Positions 37,029-45,862 of a stretch of DNA of 64,000 bases are shown here, piece by piece. The translations under genes were made by a program, and so were the position numbers. The stretch spans positions 19,962 through 83,961 of the forward strand of contig JACOZP010000006.1 in NCBI GenBank assembly GCA_016181265.1. Direction: 5' to 3'. The notes under the pieces are model-generated. The model ran no database searches. It was given only the letters and a program-made list of their open reading frames with translations, and was not told where the DNA came from. Position 1 is the stretch's first letter. Every line of letters starts with the position of its first letter. This DNA is from Candidatus Woesearchaeota archaeon. Lineage in GTDB: Archaea; Nanobdellota; Nanobdellia; Woesearchaeales; GW2011-AR9.

Positions 37029-39029
37029 TTATTGCACCCCGAACTCCGGGAGAGGCAAATGCTTGCTCTTCTCCTCTAATTCAGCATATAACCCAAAGAG
37101 ATCAGTATCAGTTCCGGTCTCTTCACTGATGATATGAATCGTCAATCTTTGTGCTCCGGCTAATTGATCCCAAAGGACAGTCCAATTTCCTTTGTAGCCG
37201 CCGATAAACTCCTCACCTCTGAGTACGGTCACATCAACCGCATACATGAAATCCGCTTTTGCCAAAAACTCGAGAGGCTGCTGTGAAATGATATCAGAAG
37301 AAAGCTCAGGCGAAATAATAATCATTCCATCTTCGAGAGGTTGGTTAGTTTGAGGATTACGTTGTGCCGATCGCAGCTTGATGATCACAGTTTCATCTTT
37401 GGCAAGAGGAATTCCAGCACTAAGTTGATCGTCACCAAGAAGAGTATGCTTCAGGATACTTATATTCAACGAAGGGAATAGATGAACAGGAACCAATTGA
37501 ATATCCGCACGTACACCAGCTTTAACGACCAAGCTTGTCCAACCATCTTTATACCCTACTTTCTGACCACGAATGACTGCATTGGCACAAAATGGAACAT
37601 TCATTTGTCTTGCCGCCACATCTCCCACACCAGCATAATCATATTCGGTCTGTCCTAAAGAGCATTGATATTGCAGACAACTATACGTTACATTCACTCG
37701 CTCCACTGGCTCAGTATAAGAAACACCCATCCCGTTATCTACTAATTCTGCAGTCGTCACGGTAATCGGCGTGTTCCGTGTATCGCAGAACTGTTCATCA
37801 GAATAAGTGCTTAGCCCTTGCAAAGGCACCGCAGGGATAATATCTTTCCGATCCGGAATATTTCGTTTGAGATGAACAGTTAGCGCCGTCTTGAACAGAT
37901 AGCCCGTCGTCTCGTCCCGCAAAGTTATCAGGACAGGATAGCTAACATCGTAACTAAACTTCCAACTCTGTGCACAAAAAGCGGAGAGCAATGGATTTGA
38001 TCCGGCTGCCAAAGGCGAACTCTTCATCGTACTTCCGCTGCGCGGATGGACATCAAAAGTGAACGGATAACTAGCATCATAATGAAAGTCCACAGTCACG
38101 CTCTTTTGGAGAAGATCATCTCCTACATCCCAGATATAATGATTTTGATAGTAAGGAAGTTCCTCAGGGAACTCTACAAAACTGGTACCCTTCACTTTTA
38201 ACTGACCAATATTTACGCGCAAGAGATCTTGCATTGTCTGCTTTACCGTATCTACCTTCCATTGTTTGGAAGAACAGCTTAACTCGAACCCGACAACGGG
38301 AACATTTGGATGTTCTAATGCAATGAGATCTTGAGTGATATCTTCCAGCTTTAGGTCGCGTAACTCTACATCCGTAATCCTCACGGCAGTATCATAAAGT
38401 CGTTTTAATTTAACAGGCGACTCCGCACCATGATCAATAAGTTGCTGAATTATCTCCCCCTGCTTGTCTTGTACTTCAATATCCCAATGAACCGCAAAGA
38501 TCACTTTAGCATCGACAATATTTGTATCGGCGGTGATATCACTTTTTTCCACAAGATTATAAGTCTGCGTAAACGCACCTGGCCCAAAGACACACTCACG
38601 AAGATTTTGTTGAATATGAGAATCGATCTGCACTGTTACTGTCTGTAATGAAGGGACGGCCCGCGTCGTGCCATACGCCCAATACGGAACAGCGGTGAAC
38701 GGTGATGTTTTCAGATGGACATAACCATTTTGTGCGATCTCCTGCGGCAAATCAACATAGCCACCTTGTTCTCCGATACGAGATAAAGCCTCTTCACCTA
38801 ACTTCTTGATGCAATTAGCGATGTAATCAGCGACGGGACCTTTTCCGGTCGTAACGAGTTCCTCCGGTTTTACGGTCAGCGTCTCACGCGTGACAAAAAC
38901 AACGACGACCAATGCTAATACGAGAATAATACCAAGAATGATAAAAAGAGTGACTTGCCCTCGTCGAGGGAAGATAAAAGCATGAGAAATAAGACTACGA
39001 GTATTACATCTCTTCCTCTTTTGATACAT
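37029..39029 (-). CDS. Large pilin-like protein (class III signal peptide)
   Basis: RRG|QVTLFIILGIILVLALVVVVFV followed by VADYIANCI; likely start ATG 39029 about 25 nt after a TTTATATA box. Confidence 0.8.
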   Translation of the reverse strand: MYQKRKRCNTRSLISHAFIFPRRGQVTLFIILGIILVLALVVVVFVTRETLTVKPEELVTTGKGPVADYIANCIKKLGEEALSRIGEQGGYVDLPQEIAQNGYVHLKTSPFTAVPYWAYGTTRAVPSLQTVTVQIDSHIQQNLRECVFGPGAFTQTYNLVEKSDITADTNIVDAKVIFAVHWDIEVQDKQGEIIQQLIDHGAESPVKLKRLYDTAVRITDVELRDLKLEDITQDLIALEHPNVPVVGFELSCSSKQWKVDTVKQTMQDLLRVNIGQLKVKGTSFVEFPEELPYYQNHYIWDVGDDLLQKSVTVDFHYDASYPFTFDVHPRSGSTMKSSPLAAGSNPLLSAFCAQSWKFSYDVSYPVLITLRDETTGYLFKTALTVHLKRNIPDRKDIIPAVPLQGLSTYSDEQFCDTRNTPITVTTAELVDNGMGVSYTEPVERVNVTYSCLQYQCSLGQTEYDYAGVGDVAARQMNVPFCANAVIRGQKVGYKDGWTSLVVKAGVRADIQLVPVHLFPSLNISILKHTLLGDDQLSAGIPLAKDETVIIKLRSAQRNPQTNQPLEDGMIIISPELSSDIISQQPLEFLAKADFMYAVDVTVLRGEEFIGGYKGNWTVLWDQLAGAQRLTIHIISEETGTDTDLFGLYAELEEKSKHLPLPEFGVQ

Positions 39030-39159
39030 CACTTTTGAAATGGTCTGAGAGTATATAAAGATTATGCTGAAGTGAGAACAAAAGAAACTCAGAAAAAACA
39101 GAAAAACAATAAAAGAAAAACACCAAAACAAGAATTAACATAATTGCATTTAACAGAGC

Positions 39160-39978
39160 CTAGCCGATATAATTCGCTTCTTGACTTACTTTCTTTGCGC
39201 CCGCTTTAGTGTGGCTCATCTCTGCTGCCCACTCTTGCGTTTTTTTCATGATCTCCGTCTCCATTTCTAGGATCTCTTTCGACATCTTCTTTAAATCCAA
39301 ACCGAGCTTGAACTTTGCTTCTAATACCCGCAATATTTCCTTTGCTCCTTTTACACCAAGGTAAAGAGGATGGGCAAATGTTTCCGCTAACAATGCCACA
39401 CCTTTAACTTTGTGCCGCTGTCCCAATCCTAAAAGGATCCCTGTTACCCCAATAATTGGTCCAACAACCCCGAAGATGCGTGTCTCAACATGTAGCTGTT
39501 TCTGTTTGTACTCTTTCAAAAGAAGAGGATCATTCGCAGTGCAATAAACGAGCGGCTTCTCTGGGATATTCTGCAACCCGACCCCCCCCGTCGTCACTAT
39601 CTCCGTACAAGAAAAACGCTTTAGCAGTTGAAGGATCTCTTCACAGAAACGATAACAGCTCTCCTCATCGATCGGCTGGATATCACCCGTCAACAATAAG
39701 AGATCCTGTTTCTTTTTTCCCTTACCGGCTTGCGCGCGATACAATTCTAACTTAGGCATATCTACCAGATTTTTCTCATTGACAAAAACAGAATGAGGAA
39801 ACTTATATGAAAAGAAAGAATATAACTTCTTCGCGTTCAATTCATCGATGAGAACATCAACAGCAATCTTACCAACATTGCCAATGCCAGGAAGGCCTTC
39901 GATAAAGAGAGGATGATGCAATCGAGGTAAATGTTTCACTTCCTGCGTCATGATCCACTCTGAAGGCATAACGAACAT
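39160..39978 (-). CDS. PAC2-family proteasome assembly chaperone
   Basis: FIEGLPGIGNVGKIA, LLTGDIQP, TTGG, IIGVTGILLG, LLAET. Confidence 0.92.
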   Translation of the reverse strand: MFVMPSEWIMTQEVKHLPRLHHPLFIEGLPGIGNVGKIAVDVLIDELNAKKLYSFFSYKFPHSVFVNEKNLVDMPKLELYRAQAGKGKKKQDLLLLTGDIQPIDEESCYRFCEEILQLLKRFSCTEIVTTGGVGLQNIPEKPLVYCTANDPLLLKEYKQKQLHVETRIFGVVGPIIGVTGILLGLGQRHKVKGVALLAETFAHPLYLGVKGAKEILRVLEAKFKLGLDLKKMSKEILEMETEIMKKTQEWAAEMSHTKAGAKKVSQEANYIG

Positions 39979-40067
39979 AAAACAACCTTAATTTATATAG
40001 TTACCTTTTTATAGGCCGAAAATATCCTCAGGTCATAAAGATTCGACAAGCAAAAGAGGTAGAGATC

Positions 40068-40202
40068 ATGAATAAAAAAGCAATTCTTCATCATCCCGCA
40101 ACATGGATCGTCATTTCATTTATTGTAGGGATGGTAGTTATGTACTATGTAGCACAAGGAACGATTCCATTAGGAATTGATGTGTGTGCAATAAAACCAT
40201 AA
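40068..40202 (+). CDS. Mini pilin-like peptide, 44 aa
   Basis: Not in the track: MNKKA|ILHHPATWIVISFIVGMVVMYYVAQGTIPLGIDVCAIKP; GAGGT Shine-Dalgarno; shares the G-x-I-P...C tail with the 54979 and 55137 peptides. Confidence 0.7.
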   Translation: MNKKAILHHPATWIVISFIVGMVVMYYVAQGTIPLGIDVCAIKP

Positions 40203-40485
40203 GAAAGAAAGCACCTTGTTTTTGTTCTTTTATTTCTAATATTATCGATTAGCCATTTATGATAATTTTGATGCTTGCGATGAGAATAAATCCAAGAAGA
40301 ATAACAAAGAATTGTTACTAACGCAAGAATAGTTTCAATGAAAGTAACTTCAGCATCATACTTAAAAACGGTCATAAATCCTACAGAAAAAGCAAGAAAA
40401 GAAGATATTGAAGCTGAAGAAAAATTTCGCCAATAGTCTAACTTTAACTGTAATTCTTTAACTGTAATTCTTTATCGGAAACCAT
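40145..40485 (-). pseudogene. Small membrane protein gene frameshifted by a 14-bp tandem duplication
   Basis: CTTTAACTGTAATT occurs twice at 40442-40469; removing one copy puts ATG 40485 (MVSDKELQLKLDYWRNF...) in frame with the 40375-40145 ORF. Confidence 0.6.
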
Positions 40486-40503
40486 TTTCTATTAAAAAAA
40501 GAG

Positions 40504-40703
40504 TGCGAGGGACGTGACTTTCACATCAATATCCTATAAAACGCAGTGGGCTACGCAAAGCGTATGCCCGCTTATGTCGCCTAAGATATTGGCTTTGAAC
40601 ACGCGTACCCACTAAGGGACTAGCCTTTTACACAGAAAAGTAAACGTATTAGCCTACTTCTCCGACCTCAAGCTAGCGGATTTGACCGCTCTCCCACCCT
40701 CGC
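40504..40703 (-). tRNA. tRNA-Leu(GAG) with two introns: 40 nt at 37/38 (40626-40665) and 76 nt at 59/60 (40518-40593)
   Basis: Acceptor GCGAGGG/CCCTCGC plus discriminator A; anticodon stem CTAGC/GCTAG; long variable arm; T stem GCGTG/CACGT; bulge-helix-bulge at the T-loop intron; spliced length 84 nt. Confidence 0.9.
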
Positions 40704-40793
40704 ACAGGAGATAGAATCAAGCTGCTGTTTAAAAGATTAACGATATTTTTTCTTCATCGTCAGATTTATATTAGAAAGAAGAATCGTTTACCC

Positions 40794-41591
40794 ATGTCCT
40801 TCTCCGAAGAAATCATGCAGCTCCTCCAAGAACATCAGCTCTCTCCCAACGTCATTAAAGATCAGCATTTTTGCATTGACAGCTCTGTCTTCCAGACTTT
40901 GATTCATGCTGCTCACTTGAAAAGAGAAGACGTCATCCTGGAAATCGGTCCCGGCCCAGGTTTATTAACCAGGAAAATGGCCAAACAAGTAAAGAAAGTC
41001 ATCGCTATCGAATTGGATGAAACATTAAGACCTCTTTTAACAGATCTTTCCAAAAATGTCGATCTCCATTTTGGCAATGCCTTAACGATCCTACCATTAC
41101 ATAAAGAGTTCAACAAGCTGATCTCCAATCTACCTTACCAAATCTGCGAACCTTTACTTCAATATCTTACGACTGTTAAACACATTCAGCTCACCGTTCT
41201 TACAGTCCCGAAAACCTTTGCCAGAAAAGCACAACAACATCCCATCTTTTCTTCTTTCCTGAGCATCGAAATCATCAAAGACGTACCAAAAGAAGCATTT
41301 TACCCGCAACCAAGAGTCTTGTCAGCAATCATCACTATTTCTCCCATTAAGAATCCAACAGACCCACAGTTTCTGATCCAAAAACTGCATCTCCAGCGCG
41401 ATAAGAAACTGCGGAATGGGTTGAGAGATGCGTTGATTGATCTCTACAGAAGAAGAGACAAGATTCTTACTAAGAAACAAGCGGTAGAATTAATCCAACA
41501 GTCCCATCTTTCTGAAAAAACATTAGACACGTTGATCGCGAAAGTACATTTAAAAAAGTACAAAGAATTCTCTACCGTACCTCTTCCGTAA
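40794..41591 (+). CDS. rsmA: 16S rRNA adenine dimethyltransferase (KsgA/RsmA/Dim1 family)
   Basis: DQHFCID, VILEIGPGPGLLT, IELD, SNLPYQI, AFYPQPRV. Confidence 0.88.
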   Translation: MSFSEEIMQLLQEHQLSPNVIKDQHFCIDSSVFQTLIHAAHLKREDVILEIGPGPGLLTRKMAKQVKKVIAIELDETLRPLLTDLSKNVDLHFGNALTILPLHKEFNKLISNLPYQICEPLLQYLTTVKHIQLTVLTVPKTFARKAQQHPIFSSFLSIEIIKDVPKEAFYPQPRVLSAIITISPIKNPTDPQFLIQKLHLQRDKKLRNGLRDALIDLYRRRDKILTKKQAVELIQQSHLSEKTLDTLIAKVHLKKYKEFSTVPLP

Positions 41592-42579
41592 TCACTGCTC
41601 GATCATCTAACCGAAACAAACAAATCGTCTTCTTCCCCCTCAACTGCTTCTCAAAAGAACGCTGAATGAGAGCATATTCGTTAGGATCGACAGAATAACG
41701 GAGGATAACAGTTCCTGCTTTCACTTTCTGCAACGCTTTACGTAATACGTTCTGTTCAAACGAAACTGTTTCTAAAATGATATACGCATGGACAAAGAAA
41801 GCTTCTTCGAGTAACGTAGGACCAGTAAACACTGTATTCCTTCCTCGCTGTAACAGAGCTGCACCTGTTTTCTCAGAAAGCTCTGCAAGTAACTCTGCTT
41901 TTACGACTGCCGGATCAACATCGAAAAGATACTGTTCAGGAGAGCGAACTTCTCGCAATTTCTTTTCTTCACCGACAACAAGACATTCCCCCGTCGGCAA
42001 GGTGACTGCACTCCTCTCCGTCCGTTTCAATTTCCCAAAATAAAGAGTCAAGCGATTTAATTTTCCCTGCCAAGAGAGATATTCTCGCTCGCAATCAAAT
42101 GGAATCTCTTTGATTTGTGGTGGAAATTCAATCGCGATCTTATCCGTTAATCTTCCATATTTCTCTAACAACTGATGGATGTCCGGTTGGATCGTCCCCA
42201 TTTTCCGTTCCACCTCTTCGGGAAGGCGTTGCGGGTCACAGAAAACAATATCAACATCTTTAAGCTGTTTTATCACAACCGGAGACAGCGCATCTCCCGA
42301 AATAAACGTGATATTTTTCAATCCCAATACCACGGCATTTTTCTTTGCTCTTTCAATCTTTTCTTTATCAATCTCAATGGCATAGACATGCGCGCAGTGT
42401 TTTGCAAAAGCAAACGTCTGGAAACCAATACCGCAGCCGAGATCAACAATCGTCTTGCACTTCAAGCGCTTTGCTCGATATTCAGCAACTATCTCCGGTG
42501 TCGCCCAGCGGATATCCTCCCCTGAATGTTCCAATTCTTCCGCTCGGGGATGTTTCTCTAATGCTTTTGTTGATACCAT
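41572..42579 (-). CDS. Class I SAM-dependent methyltransferase with C-terminal THUMP-like region
   Basis: RWATPEIVAEYRAKRL, IVDLGCGIG, IEID, FCDPQR, DPAVVKA. Confidence 0.85.
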   Translation of the reverse strand: MVSTKALEKHPRAEELEHSGEDIRWATPEIVAEYRAKRLKCKTIVDLGCGIGFQTFAFAKHCAHVYAIEIDKEKIERAKKNAVVLGLKNITFISGDALSPVVIKQLKDVDIVFCDPQRLPEEVERKMGTIQPDIHQLLEKYGRLTDKIAIEFPPQIKEIPFDCEREYLSWQGKLNRLTLYFGKLKRTERSAVTLPTGECLVVGEEKKLREVRSPEQYLFDVDPAVVKAELLAELSEKTGAALLQRGRNTVFTGPTLLEEAFFVHAYIILETVSFEQNVLRKALQKVKAGTVILRYSVDPNEYALIQRSFEKQLRGKKTICLFRLDDRAVITEEVR

Positions 42580-42580
42580 A

Positions 42581-43132
42581 TTATTTTCCTTTGCTTACAA
42601 ACTTGTTACCAGCAACATAAAATCGCCAGAGTAATTCTTTCCCTTCTGTAATACCGATACGTGGACCGGCAGCAACAGAAGACACAATATAATTATCATT
42701 ATATACTTTTATGTCTTTCCCTATTTTCTGACTATTATGTTCCTTACCAATTGCTAACGCCAAGCATAATTTTCCCGGACCGGAGCAGAGATTCTTCATA
42801 CTCTCACAACCTCGCCGTCGTTTCATCTCCTCAATCCCTTTAAGTGGTTCAACCGCGCGGATTAATACAGCACCAGCATCATCTCGTTCCGTGGTAAAAT
42901 TAAGGCAGTGATACATACCATAGATCAAATAAACATACACATAACCATACGTCTCGAACATGATCCTGCTGCGTTCCGTTTTTGTATACGCATGTGATGC
43001 AGGGTCACGTTTGTATGCTTCTGTCTCCACGATCCTGCCAGAAACACCATTATACGAGATTATTTTTCCTAACAAATCGCGTGCTACGTTAACTGTATCT
43101 CGTGCGAAGAAAGAGGGTAGAATAAGGTCCAT
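42581..43132 (-). CDS. 3-methyladenine DNA glycosylase (AAG/MPG family)
   Basis: VARDLLGK, GRIVETEAY, YVYLIYGMYHCLN, AVLIRA, GPGKLC, GPRIGI. Confidence 0.96.
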   Translation of the reverse strand: MDLILPSFFARDTVNVARDLLGKIISYNGVSGRIVETEAYKRDPASHAYTKTERSRIMFETYGYVYVYLIYGMYHCLNFTTERDDAGAVLIRAVEPLKGIEEMKRRRGCESMKNLCSGPGKLCLALAIGKEHNSQKIGKDIKVYNDNYIVSSVAAGPRIGITEGKELLWRFYVAGNKFVSKGK

Positions 43133-43185
43133 AACCAAATATTTTCTTCTAAACATTTAAAAACTTGTGCCTTGCAAATGATTCA

Positions 43186-43340
43186 ATGGAACATCATAAA
43201 ATGAAGCTGAACGAAAGTCCTTTCGAAAAGATAAAGTCTGGAAAAAAGACTATTGAAATCCGTATTCTAGAGAAGAAGAGCAAGAATATAGCGTTTTAGG
43301 GATAAGAATACAAGCCCCCAATCTACTTACAGATCAATAA
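43186..43340 (+). pseudogene. Internally deleted ASCH-domain gene
   Basis: N-terminus MEHHKMKLNESPFEKIKSGKKTIEIR is joined out of frame to YSREEEQEYSVLGIRI; these match the two ends of an ASCH protein with the middle missing. Confidence 0.75.
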
Positions 43341-43530
43341 CGATAACACCATCTTCACGATCATCATCCGGAGTAATTTTGATCTCGATCCCTTCTCCTT
43401 TCTCATAAGGGAGATCCTTTGGTTGGGGAGGTGGCGGAACAGGCAGATACAAAGGGATACGCTGCTCTTCCTCTGGTCTATCTCCCTTTCGATCACAGAG
43501 CCCCAGACCAAAATAGACTTCTCCTACCAT
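43327..43530 (-). CDS. Small hypothetical Pro-rich protein
   Basis: 67 aa; EEEQRIPLYLPVPPPP...GVIVIDL; TTTATAA box about 25 nt upstream. Confidence 0.6.
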   Translation of the reverse strand: MVGEVYFGLGLCDRKGDRPEEEQRIPLYLPVPPPPQPKDLPYEKGEGIEIKITPDDDREDGVIVIDL

Positions 43531-43566
43531 GCTACATCAAAATGAAAAAAATCTTATAAAATTTGT

Positions 43567-44283
43567 TTACAAGAGATGTGTAAAAAGACTCAGAACAAAG
43601 CCGACAAGATATCCCACGATTCCCGCACCGACACCGACCAGAATGATCTCTACGCTCGATTCTAACCAATGTATCTTCGTATAATGCGACTTAGCCCAAC
43701 CCATGAAAAAGAGACTGCATGCCGTCAATATAGACGAAACGAGCGCAGCAGTGGAAGGAATGAAGAAAAAGAAAGGTGCAATAGGAATAATCGAACCCGT
43801 CAAGAACGAGAAAAACATCGCGATTGCATTCTTCAAAGGTAATTCGAAGCGCTGCTCAGACAAGCCTAATTTCTTTTGAATATAATTACGCATGAATGTT
43901 GTCTGATTATGATGTTCAAAATGATGCAGCAGAGCTTCAATCTCATCGTCATCAAACTCCTCCTCTTTCAGGATCTGTCGCATCTCTACCAATCCTTTTT
44001 GAGGATTCTTCTTTAATTCTTCTTTGGTGTGGCGAATCTCATGCTCGTAGACTTCGCGTTGCGATTTTGCCGAAAGATAACTCCCCGCAGACATCGAAAA
44101 CGCGCCGGCAAACATGCTCGCTAAACCAGCAAGAACGATGACAAAGCGATCACCACCACCTTGCCATACACCTAAAACTAATCCTAAGTTAGAGATAAGA
44201 CCATCTTGCATACCAAAGATAAAATCACGGACAAGATCTTTTGTTTTCTCTAAGAAGCTGTGTTTCTTACTCTTCTTTTCCAT
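43567..44283 (-). CDS. VIT1/CCC1 family Fe/Mn transporter
   Basis: RDFIFGMQDGLISNLGLVLG, AGAFSMSAGSYLSAKSQ, GSIIPIAPF. Confidence 0.95.
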   Translation of the reverse strand: MEKKSKKHSFLEKTKDLVRDFIFGMQDGLISNLGLVLGVWQGGGDRFVIVLAGLASMFAGAFSMSAGSYLSAKSQREVYEHEIRHTKEELKKNPQKGLVEMRQILKEEEFDDDEIEALLHHFEHHNQTTFMRNYIQKKLGLSEQRFELPLKNAIAMFFSFLTGSIIPIAPFFFFIPSTAALVSSILTACSLFFMGWAKSHYTKIHWLESSVEIILVGVGAGIVGYLVGFVLSLFTHLL

Positions 44284-44549
44284 TACGAGAACACCGCTTT
44301 ACACTCATTCTTTATGCACTGTACTGAACCTTGGCCACAATCTAGTGTTTCCGGACGACACTCCAAGGTACAGATCACTCCGCTACAATCCGGGGCAAAT
44401 ACGTTACGTATGGCTCCCGTCGCATGACAGCAGGCATCAGGCACACAATCAGTATCAACAGAACATTGTTTTTCAGGAGGGATGGAAGAACAGGAAGTGA
44501 CTAGCAAGAATACAAGAATTAACGATAAACTAGATAAAATCTTCCTCAT
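44283..44549 (-). CDS. Small cysteine-rich putative lipoprotein
   Basis: MRKILSSL...LVTSC lipobox-like leader; CSVDTDCVPDACCH...CSGVICTLEC...C...C. Confidence 0.75.
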   Translation of the reverse strand: MRKILSSLSLILVFLLVTSCSSIPPEKQCSVDTDCVPDACCHATGAIRNVFAPDCSGVICTLECRPETLDCGQGSVQCIKNECKAVFS

Positions 44550-45819
44550 ATTCCAACCGCTCATTAATTTCACCACGTAAATTCTCGCCAACGAGTTTCT
44601 TGACTTCATCCAATTTGTAATTTGCTAATAACCATGATAATTTCACAAAAGCAGTACTGGCTAACATATCTTTTCCGGGAATGACTCCTAAGTCCAATAA
44701 ATCGCGACCCTTGTCGTAGACATTCATGTTAACACCACCAAAAAGACACTGTGTCGTCATGACCACAACACACCCAGAATCAATCAATTTCTGGAGAGCA
44801 GGATAGATTTTACGATGAATTTCACATTCTGGATTCGGGACTTGTCCCGGCGTATGTCCCAAACCGGTCCCTTCAATGATCAATCCTTTATACCCTTGAA
44901 AAAAAGAAAACTGTTCAGGGAACATATTAACATGAATCCTCAACAAGCCAACTTTCTCTTCCACCTTTGGTTTTATCACTAGTTCCTTCCCAACACGAGG
45001 ATATTTCTTGTCAACAAAAACAATCTTTCGATCTTTATAGCCAACACGCGCCAAAGGTGCAGAATTAATTGCTTTAAACGCATCCCGCCGTGATGAATGA
45101 AGCTTATATGTCTTCGCTCCGGGAAGAATGACACAAAAATCATCATTTTCTTTCTCATGCATACAGATGCCCACGCCGCCGAAATCCGTCTTGCTCACAA
45201 ATTCTGCCGCACAGATAAGATTCATTCTGGCATCACTGCTCCCCCTGTCTGAAGAACGTTGCGCGCCAACCAATACAATTGGTACGGACGTTGATTCTAC
45301 GATAAACGATAACGCCGCTGCTGCCACTGCAAGATTATCTGTTCCCATACCAACAATGATTCCTCGCGAGCCAGCTCTGACGTGCTCTTCAATCTTTTTA
45401 GCAATTAAAGTGAAATGTTTGAACCGCAGATCATCACTCCACATTTGCGCCACTAATTCTGATTTAATGTTTGCAATACTCTGCAACTCCGGGAACAATG
45501 CGACTAATTCTTCAGGACTAAAGTCGGTGGTAACCCCACCCGTCCGATAATCAACTTTCGAAGCGATTGTTCCTCCCGTATGTAAAATGGAAATAGTTGG
45601 AAGATTCTTATTTAAAGAAGCAGCCTTGATCATCATTGCTTTGGTCTCTCTTGCTTTCTCCACCACAAGTACGCTTTTCACTTCTTCTTTTTTGAACCCA
45701 AGATTATACCCCGTATCTAATTTGATTAGAACAACATCTTTCTTCGGAGAAGGCATAAGCATTCCCTGTTCAGTACCTTTTTTAGTCGTTACTTTGACAA
45801 CGTCACCGTGTTGAGGCAT
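44530..45819 (-). CDS. gatD: Glu-tRNA(Gln) amidotransferase subunit D
   Basis: IKLDTGYNLG, TGGTIASKVDYRTG, GTD, QRSSDRGSSD, HSSRRDAF, EGTGLGH. Confidence 0.96.
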   Translation of the reverse strand: MPQHGDVVKVTTKKGTEQGMLMPSPKKDVVLIKLDTGYNLGFKKEEVKSVLVVEKARETKAMMIKAASLNKNLPTISILHTGGTIASKVDYRTGGVTTDFSPEELVALFPELQSIANIKSELVAQMWSDDLRFKHFTLIAKKIEEHVRAGSRGIIVGMGTDNLAVAAAALSFIVESTSVPIVLVGAQRSSDRGSSDARMNLICAAEFVSKTDFGGVGICMHEKENDDFCVILPGAKTYKLHSSRRDAFKAINSAPLARVGYKDRKIVFVDKKYPRVGKELVIKPKVEEKVGLLRIHVNMFPEQFSFFQGYKGLIIEGTGLGHTPGQVPNPECEIHRKIYPALQKLIDSGCVVVMTTQCLFGGVNMNVYDKGRDLLDLGVIPGKDMLASTAFVKLSWLLANYKLDEVKKLVGENLRGEINERLEYEEDFI

Positions 45820-45862
45820 GGTTGGTTAGAAATAAGAGACATTTATATAATTTCCTACGAGA

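Noticed and set aside
44530..45819. GatD motif variant GMGTDNL instead of HGTDT
   Set aside because: The catalytic Thr, Asp and Lys positions appear retained, so this is treated as lineage divergence.
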